From an uncultured delta proteobacterium (GTDB taxonomy: Bacteria > Desulfobacterota > Syntrophorhabdia > Syntrophorhabdales > WCHB1-27), in assembly GCA_963810935.1 (NCBI GenBank), contig CAWEPK010000009.1, forward strand, positions 192,001 to 256,000: DNA of 64,000 bases, in the 5' to 3' direction. How positions within the stretch are numbered: the stretch's first letter is position 1; every line of letters starts with the position of its first letter. This document shows positions 42,186-55,325 of the stretch, one piece after another. The notes below the pieces were generated by a model, which saw nothing but the letters and a program-made list of their open reading frames with translations, was not told the DNA's origin and searched no databases. The translations under genes and the position numbers were made by a program.

Positions 42186-45100
42186 CGGCTCCTCCCCATC
42201 GGCAAGGATAGGCGGAAGCTCTTCCGGTGGTTTCTCAGGGACATCGAGAGATACCATCTCGTAACTCCGGTATTTCGAGAAGCCCGTCCCCGCGGGGATT
42301 ATCCTCCCCATAATCACGTTCTCTTTGAGGCCGCGCAGGTAATCGACCCGGCCCTCGATGGACGCCTGGGTCAGTACCTTGGTAGTATCCTGGAAGCTGG
42401 CCGCCGAGATGAAGCTGTCCGTAATCAGCGACGCCTTGGTGATGCCCAGGAAGAGCGACTCCGCCGTTGCAGGCGTGCCTCCCTTCTCCATGACGCGCCT
42501 GTTCTCCTCCTCGAAGACCCACCACTCGACCGGCTCGTCGATGATGAAGTTCGTGTCCCCGACTTCCTTTATCCTTACGCGCTTGAGCATCTGCCTGACG
42601 ATGATCTCTATGTGTTTGTCGTTGATCTTGACACCCTGGAGCTGGTATACCTCCTGGATCTCGTCGACCAGGTAGCGCGCCAGGTCCTTGGTGCCGAGGA
42701 TACGGAGCACGTCGTGCGGATTGACGGGGCCGTCGATAAGCGCCTCGCCCGCCCTCACGTAATCGCCCTCGTGGACGATGATGTGCTTGCCCCGCTGGAT
42801 GCTGTATTTGCGCGTCTCTCCGCGCTCCGGCGTCACGACGATCTCTCTTTTGCCTTTCTGCAGCTTGCCGAACGAGACGAGGCCGGAGATCTCCGTTACC
42901 GTAGCGCTCTCTTTCGGGCGCCTTGCCTCAAACAGCTCTGCGACCCTGGGCAGACCGCCGGTAATGTCCTTCGTCTTGGTGGTCTCCCTGGGCATTTTCG
43001 ATATGGCGTCGCCGGCAAAGATGTCGTCGCCCTCGTTAACGACTATATGGGCGCCGATGGGCAGGATGTAGCGGGCCGGGCTCTGTGTGCCCGGTATCAT
43101 TATGGTCCTCGCCTTCTCGTCCTTTATTGAGATGCGGGGCCGCAGCTCGGCGTCGCGGCTCTCGATGATGACCTTGTAGGCAAGGCCCGTAACCTCATCG
43201 ACCCGCTCCTGCATGGTCATGCCTTCGAGGATGTCGCCGAACTTCACCTTACCCGACACCTCCGAAAGAATAGGCGTCGTCCAGGGGTCCCACTCGGCCA
43301 GCGTCTGGCCTTCGCTCACTTTCTGGCCCTCCGCAACTTTCAGCCTTGCGCCGTAGATGATCGAATATTTTTCCCTCTCGTGGCCGGCCTCGTTGACGAG
43401 GAGCACTTCGCCGTTCCGGTTCATTACGACCGGCTGCCCCTCTTTGTTGAGGACCATCTTGACGTTGACGAGCTTGACGTAGCCTTCGTTCCTGGCTTCA
43501 AGCGTAGACTGCTCGACGCGCCTTGAGGCCGCCCCGCCGATGTGGAATGTCCTCATGGTGAGCTGCGTGCCCGGCTCGCCGATCGACTGCGCCGCGATAA
43601 TGCCGACGGCCTCGCCGATGCTGACCAGCCTGCCGCGCGCGAGGTCCCTGCCGTAGCAGAGGGCGCAGACGCCCCTCCTGGACCTGCACGTGAGGACCGA
43701 ACGTATGCGGACCTTTTCGTAGCCCGCCTCGTCTACCCTCTTCAGGTGCTCTTCCCTGATCTCTTCGTTCCTCTTGACGATGATCTCTCCGTCGGGGTCC
43801 CTCAAATCGTCCAGCGAGACCCTCCCGAGGATCCTGGTGCCGAGCTGCTCGATAACCTCGCCGCCCTCTATCAGCGACGTCACTTCTATGCCGTCGAAGG
43901 TGCCGCAGTCCGTCTCGCCCACGATCACGTCATGGGCAACGTCGACGAGGCGCCTGGTCAGGTACCCGGAGTTGGCCGTCTTCAAAGCCGTGTCAGCGAG
44001 GCCTTTGCGGGCGCCGCTCGTAGAGATGAAGTACTGCAATACAGTCAGCCCCTCTCTGAAGTTGCTGGTGATCGGCGTCTCGATGATCTCGCCTGAAGGC
44101 TTGGCCATGAGGCCCCTCATGCCGGCGAGCTGTCTTATCTGCTGCGCGTTGCCTCTTGCGCCCGAATGGGCCATGATGAACATAGGGTTGAGGCTGTTCT
44201 GGTATTCCTGCTTGCCGTCCGGCGACGTGATCTTCTCGGACCCAAGCTCCCTCATCAACTCGTCGGCGATCCTTTCCGTAACGTCCGCCCAGATATCGAT
44301 TACCTTGTTGTAGCGCTCGCCGTCGGTGATGAGGCCTTCCGAGTACTGGTTCTGGACGACCTTGACCTCTTCGTAGGCCTTGTTTATCAGCTCTTCCTTT
44401 CGCTCCGGGATAATCATGTCGTCGATGGAGATGGAGATGCCGCCCATCGTGGCGTAGAAGAAGCCGACGCCTTTGAGCTTGTCCGAAAGGATGACCGTAG
44501 CCTTCTCGCCGCCCTGCCTGTAGCAGATGTCGACGAGCTGCCCTATCGACTTTTTGTCCATCACACGGTTTATGACCGGGAAGGGTATCATATCGGGGAT
44601 TACCTCCCGCAGGATGATCCTTCCGGGCGTTGTATCGACGAGCTGGGTCTCGGCGTCCGGCGTAATCTTCATCCTAACCCGCACACGCGCGTGGAGGTCG
44701 ATCTCGCCGGAATCATACGCCATCCGCACCTCTTCCGCGTCCGCGAACGTCTTGCCCTCGCCCGGCCTGTATTTCCGGTCGATAGTGAGGTAATATAGGC
44801 CGAGCACGATGTCCTGGGTAGGCACGATGATCGGCCTGCCGCTCGCAGGCGACAGGATATTGTTCGTCGACATCATTAGGACGCGCGCCTCGGACTGCGC
44901 CTCGATGGAGAGGGGCACGTGGACGGCCATCTGGTCCCCGTCGAAGTCCGCATTATAGGCGGGGCAGACGAGGGGGTGCAACTGGATCGCCTTGCCGTCT
45001 ATGAGCTGGGGCTCGAAGGCCTGGATGCCGAGCCTGTGCAGCGTGGGCGCCCTGTTCAGGAGCACCGGGTGCTCCTTTATAACGTCTTCAAGCATATCCC

Positions 45101-46325
45101 AGACCTCGGGACGCTCTTTCTCGACGAGCTTTTTCGCGTTCTTTATGGTCGTGGCAAAGCCTTTCTTTATGAGCCGGTTGTAAACGAAGGGCTTGAAAAG
45201 CTCCAGGGCCATATATTTCGGAAGGCCGCACTCGTGGAGCTTAAGCTCCGGGCCGACGACGATGACCGACCTGCCGGAATAATCGACCCTTTTGCCGAGC
45301 AGGTTCTGGCGGAACCGCCCCTGCTTGCCCCGCAGCATATCGGAGAGTGATTTGAGGGGCCTTTTGCTCGTGCCGGTGACTATACGGCCGCGCTTCGAAT
45401 TGTCGAAGAGGGCGTCCACCGCCTCCTGGAGCATCCTTTTCTCGTTCCTTATGATGATCTCCGGGGCGTTAAGCTCCATCAGCCTTTTGAGGCGGTTGTT
45501 CCTGTTGATAACTCTCCTGTAGAGGTCGTTCAGGTCGGAGGTCGCAAACCTGCCGCCGTCCAGGGGAACCAGGGGGCGAAGCTCAGGCGGGAGGACCGGG
45601 ATGATATCGAGGATCATCCAATCGGGCTTTACGCCGGAGATACGGAACGCATCGACGACCTTCAGCCTCCTCGCCAGCTTCTTCCTCTTGGCGTCGGAGG
45701 ACGTCTCCCTCATCTCCTCCCTGATGCTTTTCCCCACCTGCTCCACGTCGATCTTCCGGAGGCACTCGCGCATCGCCTCGGCGCCTATGCCGCCCGAGAA
45801 TTTGTCGCCGTGTTTTTCTTTGGCTTCGAGGTATTTGTCCTCGGTTATAAGCTCGCAAAAGCTGTATTGGGACGGGCCGGGCTCGACGACGATGTACATC
45901 TCGAAATATAGGACGCGCTCGACCTCTTTGATGGTAAGCTCGAGGAGCGTCCCGATCTTGCTCGGCATGCTCTTCAGGAACCAGATGTGCGCGATGGGGG
46001 AGGCCAGGTGGATATGGCCCATCCTCTCGCGCCTGACCTTCGACTGTATTACCTCGACGCCGCACTTCTCGCAGATGATACCGCGGTGCTTCATCCTTTT
46101 GTATTTGCCGCAGATGCACTCATAGTCTTTCACGGGTCCGAAGATCCGCGCGCAGAAAAGCCCGTCCTTTTCCGGCTTGAAGGTCCGGTAGTTGATCGTC
46201 TCCGGCTTCTTCACTTCACCGAAAGACCATTTCTCGATCAATTCCGGCGAAGCCAGCGAGAGCTTCATCGCCGTATAGCTCAGCGGGTCTTTCTGTTTAT
46301 CGAAAATTTTGAAATAGTCGTCCAA
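42162..46325 (-). CDS. rpoC: RNA polymerase beta' subunit
   Basis: [12 protein letters not shown], zinc fingers, ETINYRT, GLKENVI. Confidence 0.99.
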   Translation of the reverse strand: MDDYFKIFDKQKDPLSYTAMKLSLASPELIEKWSFGEVKKPETINYRTFKPEKDGLFCARIFGPVKDYECICGKYKRMKHRGIICEKCGVEVIQSKVRRERMGHIHLASPIAHIWFLKSMPSKIGTLLELTIKEVERVLYFEMYIVVEPGPSQYSFCELITEDKYLEAKEKHGDKFSGGIGAEAMRECLRKIDVEQVGKSIREEMRETSSDAKRKKLARRLKVVDAFRISGVKPDWMILDIIPVLPPELRPLVPLDGGRFATSDLNDLYRRVINRNNRLKRLMELNAPEIIIRNEKRMLQEAVDALFDNSKRGRIVTGTSKRPLKSLSDMLRGKQGRFRQNLLGKRVDYSGRSVIVVGPELKLHECGLPKYMALELFKPFVYNRLIKKGFATTIKNAKKLVEKERPEVWDMLEDVIKEHPVLLNRAPTLHRLGIQAFEPQLIDGKAIQLHPLVCPAYNADFDGDQMAVHVPLSIEAQSEARVLMMSTNNILSPASGRPIIVPTQDIVLGLYYLTIDRKYRPGEGKTFADAEEVRMAYDSGEIDLHARVRVRMKITPDAETQLVDTTPGRIILREVIPDMIPFPVINRVMDKKSIGQLVDICYRQGGEKATVILSDKLKGVGFFYATMGGISISIDDMIIPERKEELINKAYEEVKVVQNQYSEGLITDGERYNKVIDIWADVTERIADELMRELGSEKITSPDGKQEYQNSLNPMFIMAHSGARGNAQQIRQLAGMRGLMAKPSGEIIETPITSNFREGLTVLQYFISTSGARKGLADTALKTANSGYLTRRLVDVAHDVIVGETDCGTFDGIEVTSLIEGGEVIEQLGTRILGRVSLDDLRDPDGEIIVKRNEEIREEHLKRVDEAGYEKVRIRSVLTCRSRRGVCALCYGRDLARGRLVSIGEAVGIIAAQSIGEPGTQLTMRTFHIGGAASRRVEQSTLEARNEGYVKLVNVKMVLNKEGQPVVMNRNGEVLLVNEAGHEREKYSIIYGARLKVAEGQKVSEGQTLAEWDPWTTPILSEVSGKVKFGDILEGMTMQERVDEVTGLAYKVIIESRDAELRPRISIKDEKARTIMIPGTQSPARYILPIGAHIVVNEGDDIFAGDAISKMPRETTKTKDITGGLPRVAELFEARRPKESATVTEISGLVSFGKLQKGKREIVVTPERGETRKYSIQRGKHIIVHEGDYVRAGEALIDGPVNPHDVLRILGTKDLARYLVDEIQEVYQLQGVKINDKHIEIIVRQMLKRVRIKEVGDTNFIIDEPVEWWVFEEENRRVMEKGGTPATAESLFLGITKASLITDSFISAASFQDTTKVLTQASIEGRVDYLRGLKENVIMGRIIPAGTGFSKYRSYEMVSLDVPEKPPEELPPILADGEEPLVEGAAP

Positions 46326-46335
46326 AACGGCCTCC

Positions 46336-49300
46336 TTATTCTTCTTCTTCTTTGATCAAGTCAACGTTGATGCAGAGGCTTTGCAGCTCTTTCACCAAAA
46401 CGTTGAACGATTCAGGCAGCGAGGGCTCCAGCACGTCCTCGCCTTTGACGATGGACTCGTAAGCCTTCACCCTGCCGCTCACGTCGTCCGACTTGATCGT
46501 GAGGAATTCCTGAAGCGAATAGGCAGCCCCATAAGCTTCTAAGGCCCATACTTCCATCTCGCCCAGCCTCTGGCCGCCGAACTGCGCCTTCCCGCCGAGG
46601 GGCTGCTGCGTAACGAGCGAATAAGGCCCGATGGAACGGGCGTGTATCTTGTCATCCACCAGGTGGTGGAGCTTGAGGATGTACATATAGCCTATGGTCA
46701 CCTTGTGGTGGAACGGGTCTCCCGTCCTTCCATCGTAAAGCGTGATCTGCCTCGTATCGGGCAGGCCCGCCATCTTGAAGGCTTCGCTGATTTCTTCTTC
46801 CTTTGCGCCGTCGAAGACGGGGACAGCTATGTGGACGCCCTCCTTGACCTGGTTCGCAAGCTCAACCAGCTCGTCTTCAGTCAGCTTCTTCAGGAACTCC
46901 TGCATATCCGCGTGCCCGAAAATCTCCCTCATGCGGCTGCGGAGCAGGGCAGCATTGTTCTTATCGACGAGCCTGCCTATTGTCTTGCCGAGCTCGACGG
47001 ACGCCCAGCCGAGGTGGGTCTCCAGTATCTGGCCCGCGTTCATACGTGAAGGCACGCCCAGGGGGTTCAGGACTACGTCGACGGCGGTCCCGTCCTCGGT
47101 AAACGGCATGTCTTCTTCGGGCAGGATAACCGAGACGATGCCCTTGTTGCCGTGCCGCCCGGATATCTTGTCGCCTACGGCTATCTTGCGCTTCATGGCC
47201 ACGTAGACCTTGATCGTCTTCAAGACGCCCGGCGGAAGCTCGTCGCCCTTCTTGATCTTGTTTATCTTGTCTTCGTAATAGAGCTTTATCAGCTCGATCT
47301 GGTTCTCTTTGCCGTCTACGATCTTGGAGACCCTTGCCTCCAGGTCCTTGTCATCGAAATCGATATCATGCAGCTTATCGACGTTGATCGCGTTGATCTT
47401 CTCGCTGGTAAAGGCCTCGCCTTTCTTGACGACCACCTTGCCTTTGCCGTCTTTGATCTCCCTCGGCGCCGTCTTCCCTAAGAGAAGGTCCTGCACCTTG
47501 TCCCTGGTCGAATCGAGAATTATCCTGACCTGGTCTTCCTGGTCTTTGAGGATGTTCGATATCTCTATGTCCTCGATGAGCCTCGACCGCTCGTCCTTGT
47601 CGATGCCCCTGCGCGAGAGCACTTTGACGTCTATGACGATGCCTTCGATGCCGTGTGGTATCCGCAGCGACGTATCCTTTACGTCTCCGGCTTTCTCACC
47701 GAAGATCGCGCGCAGCAGTTTCTCTTCCGGCGTAAGCTGGGTTTCGCCCTTTGGCGTGACTTTGCCGACCAGGATGTCCCCTGCCCGCACCGTTGCGCCT
47801 ATGCGGATTATGCCCGAGTCGTCCAGGTCCTTCAGGGCCTCGTCGCCTACGTTCGGGATATCGCGGGTGACCTCTTCCTTGCCGAGCTTCGTGTCCCTGA
47901 CGACGCATTCGAGCTCCTCGATGTGTATCGAGGTGAAGCTGTCTTCAGCGACCAGTCTCTCGTTGATCAGGACGGAGTCCTCGTAGTTGTACCCCCTCCA
48001 CGGCATAAAGGCTACCATTACGTTCTTGCCCAGGGCAAGCTCGCCCCTGTCCGTAGAAGGGCCGTCCGCCAGGACCTCTCCCTTTTTGACATAGTCGCCT
48101 TTCCGTACTATCACGCGCTGGTTTATGCACGTGTCCTGGTTGGACCGGCGGAACTTCAGGAGGTTATAGACGTCGATTTTTGTGACCGGCTCCTCGCCTT
48201 TTTTCTTATCTTCGTACTTGAGGATGATCCGGTTCGCGTCCACGCTTTCCACGACGCCGTCGTACTTGGCCACGATGCTGACCCGCGAGTCTCTACCCAC
48301 TATGCGCTCCATGCCGGTGCCTATGAGGGGCGCCTCCGTCCTGAGTAGGGGCACTGCCTGCCGCTGCATGTTGGAGCCCATGAGAGCACGGTTCGCGTCG
48401 TCATGCTCGAGGAACGGAATCAAAGACGCCGAGACCGAGACGAGCTGCTTCGGGGAGACGTCCATGAGGTCGATCGACATGGGGTCTATCCAGAAGAAGC
48501 CGCCGCCCTTTCTGGCGGAGACGAGGTCCGTTTGGAAGCGCCCGTCCGCATCGACCGGCGCGTTCGCCTGGGCCACGTAATACTGCTCCTCTTCTAGGGC
48601 GCTCATATACTTGATGTTGTTCGTTACGCGACCGTTGATAACTTCACGGTACGGCGTCTCGATGAACCCGTATTCGTTGACGCGGGCGTACGTCGAGAGC
48701 GACGCGATAAGGCCGATGTTCGGTCCTTCCGGGGTCTCGATCGGGCAAATCCGGCCGTAGTGCGTCGGGTGGACGTCGCGCACCTCGAAACCTGCCCGCT
48801 CCCTGGTGAGGCCGCCCGGCCCGAGGGCCGAGAGCCTGCGCTTGTGGGTGATCTCGGAAAGCGGGTTCGTCTGGTCCATGAACTGCGAAAGCTGGCTGCT
48901 CGCGAAGAAGTCCTTGACTGCCGTAGCGACCGGCTTCGGGTTTACCAGGTCGTGCGGCATGAGCGTTTCCATCTCGGGGAAAGTAAGCCTTTCCTTGATA
49001 GCCCGCTCCATTCGCACAAGGCCCATCCTGAACTGGTTCTCCAGCAGCTCGCCTACCGTCCTGACCCTCCTGTTCCCCAGGTGGTCGATGTCGTCGCCGG
49101 AGCCCCTCGTATCCTTCAAGCGGAGAAGCTGGTGGACAACTTCGATGATGTCCTCCCTGCGCAGGGTCGTCTCATCCAGCGGGATGCCCAGGCCGAGCCG
49201 GTGGTTCATCTTGAGCCTGCCGACCTTCGACAGGTCGTAACGCTCGGGGCTGAAGAACATGTTATGGACAAGGGCTTCTGCAAACTCGTACGTGGGCGGG

Positions 49301-50443
49301 TCGCCCGGCCGCAGCTTCCTGTATATCTCGAGGAGCGCTTCGTCCTTGCCGCCTGCCTTGTCGATAAGGAGCGTGTCCCGGAGCGAAGAGCTCGACGTTC
49401 AGGTTGTCGATGAAAAGGACTTCAAAGCTCTTTATGTTGCGGGCGGTTATCTTCGTCAGATCGTCTTCGGTGATCTCCTTGTTGATCGGGACGATCACTT
49501 CTTTCGTCTCCGGATCGATTATGCTGGCCGCCACCACCTTGCCGATGACGTCCTGCTCATCGACCGGTATCTTGACGATATTCGCCTGCTCCATCTTCTT
49601 GATGACGCCCTTGGTGATCTTCTTGTGCTTCTTGACCAGCACCTCGTCCGTCTTGGTGTTGATGATATCGGCCGGGGCCTTCTGACCCAGGAGCAGCTCG
49701 AAAGGCGTCTCTTTGAAGACTTTTCCGTCTTTTATGCTGACCGTTTCCTTCTCATAGAAGTAATCGAGAATCTCCTTCTCCGAATAGCCCAGCGCCCGCA
49801 GAAGGAGGGTTACGGGAATTTTCTTCCGTTTGTCGATGCGAACATAAAGGAGCTCTTTGTGGTCGAACTCGAAATCGAGCCAGGAGCCCCGGTACGGGAT
49901 GATCCTTGCCGTGTAGGCGAAGTTGCCGCTGAAGGGCGCTTTCGACTGGTCGCAGTCGAAGTAGACGCCGGGCGAGCGATGGAGCTGGCTGACGATGACC
50001 CGCTCTGTCCCGTTGATGATGAACGTCCCCCTCTCAGTCATGAGAGGTATCTCCCCGAAATAGACGTCCTGTTCCTTTACAGCCTTTATATCTTTTATCT
50101 TGGTGTTCGGATCGACGTTGAAGACGACGAGCCGTATCGTAACCTTCATGGGGGAGGCAAAGGTGAGACCCCGGACGATGCACTCCTCCTCGGAATACTT
50201 AGGATCGCCGATCTCGTACTGGACGAACTCCAGCGAGGTCGTCTCGTGCGAGTCCTTTATGGGGAAGACGCTGGTGAAAACCGCCTGAAGCCCCACGCTG
50301 GTCCGCTCTTCCACGGGTATGTCCTTCTGGAGGAAGATTTCGTACGAACTTAACTGAATCTCGATAAGATTGGAAATATCGAGAACCTCTTTGAGCTTCC
50401 CGTACGTCTTTCTCACAATCTTATTATGAAAGGTTTGCCTCAT
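46336..50443 (-). CDS. rpoB: RNA polymerase beta subunit (apparent +1 frameshift near 49393)
   Basis: N-terminal part 49262-50443, C-terminal part 46336-49260. Removing one base restores [14 protein letters not shown]...[12 protein letters not shown]. Confidence 0.97.
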
Positions 50444-50470
50444 ATCCTGTTCACCTCTTGTTTGAACGTT

Positions 50471-50494
50471 GGGGGCAAAGTTTCCTTTGCCCCC
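50471..50494. other. Perfect 10-bp hairpin in the rplL-rpoB spacer
   Basis: GGGGGCAAAG-TTTC-CTTTGCCCCC; no U-tract on the minus strand, so a pause/processing site rather than a clear terminator. Confidence 0.5.
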
Positions 50495-50515
50495 CGGTAG
50501 CCGATGCCAAAATTA

Positions 50516-50902
50516 CTACTCAACCTTAACCTGGCCGCTCACCTCTTCGAGCTGCTTTTTGACGTTCTCCGCTTCCTGCTTGGAAACGCCTTCCTTCACA
50601 GCCTTGGGGACGCCTTCTACCAGGTCTTTAGCCTCTTTGAGGCCGAGGCTCGTTACGGCCCTCACCACCTTGATTACCTGTATCTTCTTGTCCGCCTCAT
50701 AACCGGTGAGCACTACGTTGAACTCCGTCTGCTCCTCAACCGGCTCTGCAGCCGCTGCCGCAGGGGCCGCTCCGCCGCCCATCATCATCGGCATCGCCGC
50801 CGTCACGCCGAACTTCTCCTCGAGCGTCTTTATGAATTCGGAAAGCTCCAGGACGGTCATATTCTCGATGTAGCTTATTACGTCTTCTTTGGTTGCAGCC
50901 AT
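50516..50902 (-). CDS. rplL: 50S ribosomal protein L7/L12
   Basis: [27 protein letters not shown]. Confidence 0.98.
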   Translation of the reverse strand: MAATKEDVISYIENMTVLELSEFIKTLEEKFGVTAAMPMMMGGGAAPAAAAAEPVEEQTEFNVVLTGYEADKKIQVIKVVRAVTSLGLKEAKDLVEGVPKAVKEGVSKQEAENVKKQLEEVSGQVKVE

Positions 50903-50917
50903 TTAATCGATCCTCCT

Positions 50918-51439
50918 TTACACAGTCTCTTTTTTTGCCTTGATAGCGTTCAGCGTCAGCATAAGCTGCATGAGGTTGCCGGACAAAGCGCCGACGAGCC
51001 TCTGAGGCATGCTGAGCAGAAGACCGAGCAGCTTGCCGACGAGGACGTCCTTCGACGGCAGCGTTGCCAGCGTAAGTACGTCCTGCGCTTTGATCCTCTT
51101 GTTACCCAGTAACCCCGATTTGAGCTTGAGCTTTGGCACTTCCTTCGCTATTGCCGCGAGGACTTTTGCCACGCCGACCGGGTCCTTATAGCTGTAAATT
51201 ACCGCGTTGGGACCCGCAAACTCGTCTTTGAGCGCCTCTACGTTCTTCCCCTTTGCGGCGATCGCGAAGAGCGTGTTCTTCATGACCTTGAACTCTCCAC
51301 CCACATGGTCGAGCTCTCTGCGGAGCTTCGATATCTGGGCGACGTTCATGCCGCTGTATTCCGCGAGGAACAGGGCGCCGGCCCGCTTGAGCCTTTCGTC
51401 AAGCTCACTGACCTGCTTTTCTTTTGCCTTTCTTTCCAA
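50918..51439 (-). CDS. rplJ: 50S ribosomal protein L10
   Basis: KLRREL, VMKNTL, LATLPSK; position between rplA and rplL. Confidence 0.96.
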   Translation of the reverse strand: MERKAKEKQVSELDERLKRAGALFLAEYSGMNVAQISKLRRELDHVGGEFKVMKNTLFAIAAKGKNVEALKDEFAGPNAVIYSYKDPVGVAKVLAAIAKEVPKLKLKSGLLGNKRIKAQDVLTLATLPSKDVLVGKLLGLLLSMPQRLVGALSGNLMQLMLTLNAIKAKKETV

Positions 51440-51475
51440 TTGTCGTCATCCCTCCTTTCGTTGAATTATGTATGG

Positions 51476-51571
51476 AAAGTCAGAAGAGACGAAACTGCGT
51501 GTTCGTGTCTCGGCAGGCCGCTTTTCCCGTTTGACCGGATGCCCCGGCACCTGCTGTCTCTGACGCCTTCC
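51476..51571 (-). promoter_or_regulatory. L10 leader (autoregulatory RNA)
   Basis: GUCAGAGACAGCAGGUG...CCUGCCGAGAC pattern directly upstream of rplJ. Confidence 0.7.
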
Positions 51572-52276
51572 CTATTTTGTCAGGCTCCTCACATAGGCAG
51601 GATCGATTTTCACTCCAGGGCTCATTGTTCTTGATACGGCGATGCCCTTTACGAAGGTGCCTTTGCTTGATGCAGGCTTCAGCCTTACAATCGCATCGAA
51701 GAGCGTGCTGATGTTCTCCCTTAGCTTTTCCGGCCCAAAACTCCCCTTGCCGACGGGTACGTGGAGGTTCCCTGCCTTGTCGACGCGGAACTCTACGCGC
51801 CCCGCTTTCAGCTCGTTGACGGCCTTCGCCACGTCGAATGTTACGGTGCCGACCTTCGGGTTGGGCATGAGGCCCCTGGGTCCCAGTATCTTGCCGAGCT
51901 TACTGACCGCCCCCATCATGTCGGGAGTGGCAATTGCCTTGTCGAAATCGAGCCAGCCTTTCTGTATCTTCTCGATATAGTCGTCGGAGCCGACGTAGTC
52001 AGCGCCGGCTTCCTCGGCCTCTTTTTCCTTCTGTCCCTTGGCAAAAACGAGAATCCGCACCTTCTTGCCCAGCCCGTTCGGCAGCACTACCGAGCCGCGC
52101 ACCATCTGGTCTGCGTGCCGGGGGTCTACGCCGAGGCGCATGGCGACTTCTACGGTCTCATCGAATTTTCTCTCAGGCATCTGGGCGAGCAGGTCGAGAG
52201 CTTCCTCGAGGCTATAGCGCTTTTCCCTGTCTACCTTCTCGATTGCTTCCTTATATTTCTTCGATTGTTCTGCCAT
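51572..52276 (-). CDS. rplA: 50S ribosomal protein L1
   Basis: [23 protein letters not shown]. Confidence 0.98.
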   Translation of the reverse strand: MAEQSKKYKEAIEKVDREKRYSLEEALDLLAQMPERKFDETVEVAMRLGVDPRHADQMVRGSVVLPNGLGKKVRILVFAKGQKEKEAEEAGADYVGSDDYIEKIQKGWLDFDKAIATPDMMGAVSKLGKILGPRGLMPNPKVGTVTFDVAKAVNELKAGRVEFRVDKAGNLHVPVGKGSFGPEKLRENISTLFDAIVRLKPASSKGTFVKGIAVSRTMSPGVKIDPAYVRSLTK

Positions 52277-52378
52277 CTCTCTCACCCCTTCAAAAAATAA
52301 AGACTCTCAGCACAGCAATCCTCTTGCGTTGCCCGGGTCTTGAATAAGCTTAAATTGTGAGCTTGCCTTAACGCTTTA

Positions 52379-52807
52379 TCAGCCCTCCACTACCTCCAGT
52401 CCCATACTCCTCGCGGACCCCTCCACGATTTTCATCGCGCCTGCAAGGTCCTTTGCATTCAGGTCCGGCATCTTGAGCTGCGCGATCTCCTTGACCTGCG
52501 ACTTCGTAACCTGCCCCACGGTCTCTTTTTTGGGGTTGCTCGCCCCCTTGGCCAGCTTTACCGCCTTCTTGAGGAGAAAGGAGACGGGGGGCGTCTTCAT
52601 TATAAAGGTAAAAGTCCGGTCGGAGTATATAGTGATAAGCACAGGAATGATGGTCCCTTCCTGCGTCTTCGTCCTCTCGTTGAAGGCCTTGCAAAACTCC
52701 ATGATATTAACGCCGTGCTGGCCCAGGGCCGGGCCCACGGGCGGCGAAGGCGTTGCCTGACCCGCCGACAATTGAAGCTTTACCAACGCGGCAACTTTCT
52801 TTGCCAT
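52379..52807 (-). CDS. rplK: 50S ribosomal protein L11
   Basis: [23 protein letters not shown]. Confidence 0.98.
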   Translation of the reverse strand: MAKKVAALVKLQLSAGQATPSPPVGPALGQHGVNIMEFCKAFNERTKTQEGTIIPVLITIYSDRTFTFIMKTPPVSFLLKKAVKLAKGASNPKKETVGQVTKSQVKEIAQLKMPDLNAKDLAGAMKIVEGSARSMGLEVVEG

Positions 52808-52822
52808 TTTGTAAGATCTCCT

Positions 52823-53353
52823 TTACATTTTTTCTATCTGCATAAAATCCAGCTCTACGGGCGTCGTCCTTCCGAAGATATTGAGGAGGACCTTGACCTT
52901 GCCCTTCTCGGGCTTGATCTCCTCGACGCTTCCCGTAAAATTCGAAAAGGGACCCTCGATCACCTTGACGCTGTCTCCTTTGTCAAACCTGATCTTCGGT
53001 TTTATCTTCCCCTTCCCTTCCTGGATCGCAGAAACTATGTCCTTTATCTCGTCGTCCGGCAGCGGGGTGGGCTTCATGCCGTAGCCGACGAACCCCGTCA
53101 CCTTCGGCGTATTGCGCACCAGGTACCACGTATCCTCGTTCATGTCCATCTGGACGATGATATAACCGGGAAATATGGTCCTCTGCGACTTTTTCGCCTG
53201 CCCCTTCACCCGCTCCATTATGATCTCGGAGGGCACTATTATCTCGGCGAATTGGTCTTCCATCCCGCTGGTCCGTATCCGCTCTTCGAGCGCTTCCTTG
53301 ACCTTTTGCTCGTAGCCTGAATACGTATGCACTACATACCATTTCTTTTCCAT
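52823..53353 (-). CDS. nusG: Transcription elongation factor NusG
   Basis: WYVVHTYSGYE, FPGY, KOW motif GPFSNFTG, IFGRTTPVEL. Confidence 0.97.
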   Translation of the reverse strand: MEKKWYVVHTYSGYEQKVKEALEERIRTSGMEDQFAEIIVPSEIIMERVKGQAKKSQRTIFPGYIIVQMDMNEDTWYLVRNTPKVTGFVGYGMKPTPLPDDEIKDIVSAIQEGKGKIKPKIRFDKGDSVKVIEGPFSNFTGSVEEIKPEKGKVKVLLNIFGRTTPVELDFMQIEKM

Positions 53354-53357
53354 CGAT

Positions 53358-53561
53358 TTATCCACGGAACAGGACCTGGATGATTTTAGCGAGCCCTACG
53401 TCCACTATCCCCAGAAAGACGGCCGCGACGAATACCGTGATGAGTACCACGTAAGTGCCTTTCATGGTTTCCTTCCTGGAGGGGAAGGTAACGCGCTTCG
53501 TCTCCACGTAGACTTCCTTGAAGTACGTCTTAACCTGGTCGACTATCTCTCTTGTATTCAT
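53358..53561 (-). CDS. secE: Preprotein translocase SecE
   Basis: EVYVETKRVTFPSRKE plus one TM segment; upstream of nusG. Confidence 0.93.
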   Translation of the reverse strand: MNTREIVDQVKTYFKEVYVETKRVTFPSRKETMKGTYVVLITVFVAAVFLGIVDVGLAKIIQVLFRG

Positions 53562-53578
53562 CGCGTCTCCAGTACAAA

Positions 53579-53652
53579 CAGGCCAGGAGGGATTCGAACC
53601 CCCAACACCCGGATTTGGAGTCCGGTGCTCTATCCGTTAGAGCTACTGGCCT
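53579..53652 (-). tRNA. tRNA-Trp (CCA)
   Basis: AGGCCAG...CT-CCA-AA...GGTTCGAATCC...CTGGCCTG cloverleaf; 3' CCA not encoded. Confidence 0.95.
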
Positions 53653-53653
53653 A

Positions 53654-53803
53654 CTATTTGGTTTCCTTATGCGCCGTATGTTTTTTGCAAAACTTGCAGT
53701 ACTTCTTCATCTCCAGCCTGTCGGGCGTCTTCTGCTTGTTTTTAGAGGTCGTATAGTTCCTGTTCTTGCAGTCGGAACAGGCCAGTATCACCAATTGCCT
53801 CAT
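53654..53803 (-). CDS. rpmG: 50S ribosomal protein L33 (49 aa, zinc-ribbon form)
   Basis: Manual translation [49 protein letters not shown]. Confidence 0.96.
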   Translation of the reverse strand: MRQLVILACSDCKNRNYTTSKNKQKTPDRLEMKKYCKFCKKHTAHKETK

Positions 53804-53827
53804 CGTTCTACCTCTTCTATGGCTCTA

Positions 53828-54013
53828 TTATTGGGGCTGGCGTCGCCCCCTCCACGAACAAAGTCCGTGGAGCCTCCCCCTCATAAAGAGGAAGAGGCAT
53901 TAAAAACTACTCTATCTATCGGGGCCGGCGTCGCCCCCTCCACGGACGAAGTCCGTCGGGGTACCCGCTTTAGCGGGTCGTCCTCCTCATAAAAAGGAAG
54001 AGGCATTAAAAAC
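53828..54013 (+). repeat. REP-like intergenic repeat, locus 3 (two tandem units between tuf and rpmG)
   Basis: GGCGTCGCCCCCTCCACG..AAGTCCGT twice and AGGAAGAGGCATTAAAAAC twice. Confidence 0.8.
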
Positions 54014-54025
54014 ATACCGGCCATA

Positions 54026-55225
54026 TTACTCTAATATCTCCGTCACTACTCCGGCGCCTACGGTCTTGCCGCCTTCCCTGATGGCGAAGCGCAGCTCTTT
54101 CTCAAGGGCGATCTGGGTCACGAGATCTACGGTAATGGTGACGTTGTCGCCGGGCATGATCATCTCAACGCCTTCGGGGAGATGGACTATGCCCGTCACG
54201 TCGGTGGTGCGCAGGTAGAACTGGGGACGGTAGCCCGTGAAGAAGGGGGTATGGCGGCCTCCCTCTTCCTTGCTCAGCACGTAGACCTCGGCCTTGAACT
54301 TCGTATGGGGGGTTATCGAGCCCGGCTTAGCCAGGACCTGACCCCTTTCGACCTCGTCCTTCTTGGTGCCGCGGAGAAGGACGCCTATGTTGTCGCCCGC
54401 CTGTCCCTGATCTAAGATCTTGCGGAACATCTCTACGGATGTGGCAACTGTCTTCTGGGTGGGGGTGAAGCCTATGATCTCCACCTCTTCACCGGGCTTT
54501 ACGACTCCACGCTCCACGCGGCCCGTTACGACGGTGCCACGGCCCGAGATGGAGAAGACGTCCTCTATAGGCATGAGGAAGGGCTTGTCCGTGTCGCGGA
54601 CCGGCTCGGGGATATAGGAGTCGCAGGCATCGAGGAGCTCGAAGATGCTCTTGCAGTGGGGGCAGTCGGGCTTGCCGTCTCCGCACTCTAAGGCTTTAAG
54701 AGCAGAGCCCTTTATGATCGGTATCTTGTCTCCGGGGAACTCGTAAGCGGTAAGAAGCTCGCGCAGCTCCAGCTCGACAAGCTCTATAAGCTCGGGGTCG
54801 TCTACCATGTCGACCTTGTTCAGGTAGACAACGACGTAGGGGACGCCGACCTGGCGGGCAAGGAGGATATGCTCCCTTGTCTGCGGCATGGGGCCGTCGT
54901 TTGCGCCCACGACAAGGATGGCGCCGTCCATCTGGGCCGCCCCTGTGATCATGTTCTTTATATAGTCAGCATGGCCCGGACAGTCCACGTGTGCGTAGTG
55001 GCGCTTATCCGTCTCGTATTCCACGTGGGCGGTTGCGATCGTTATGCCCCTTTCCTTCTCCTCGGGGGCCTTATCTATCTGATCGAACGGTATCCATTCC
55101 GCAAATCCCTTGTTGGCAAGACAGCGGGTGATGGCGGATGTCAGGGTTGTCTTCCCGTGGTCGATGTGGCCTATGGTGCCTACATTGACATGGGGTTTTT
55201 TGCGCTCGAACTTTTTCTTAGCCAT
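54026..55225 (-). CDS. tuf: Elongation factor Tu
   Basis: [30 protein letters not shown]. Confidence 0.99.
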   Translation of the reverse strand: MAKKKFERKKPHVNVGTIGHIDHGKTTLTSAITRCLANKGFAEWIPFDQIDKAPEEKERGITIATAHVEYETDKRHYAHVDCPGHADYIKNMITGAAQMDGAILVVGANDGPMPQTREHILLARQVGVPYVVVYLNKVDMVDDPELIELVELELRELLTAYEFPGDKIPIIKGSALKALECGDGKPDCPHCKSIFELLDACDSYIPEPVRDTDKPFLMPIEDVFSISGRGTVVTGRVERGVVKPGEEVEIIGFTPTQKTVATSVEMFRKILDQGQAGDNIGVLLRGTKKDEVERGQVLAKPGSITPHTKFKAEVYVLSKEEGGRHTPFFTGYRPQFYLRTTDVTGIVHLPEGVEMIMPGDNVTITVDLVTQIALEKELRFAIREGGKTVGAGVVTEILE

Positions 55226-55247
55226 AGAGAGCCTCCGTCGTAATTTG

Positions 55248-55322
<75 letters not shown>

Positions 55323-55325
55323 CTT

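Noticed and set aside
46336..50443. Genuinely split rpoB
   Set aside because: A single-base removal restores the conserved intervening sequence; similar indels occur in thiL and yceD.
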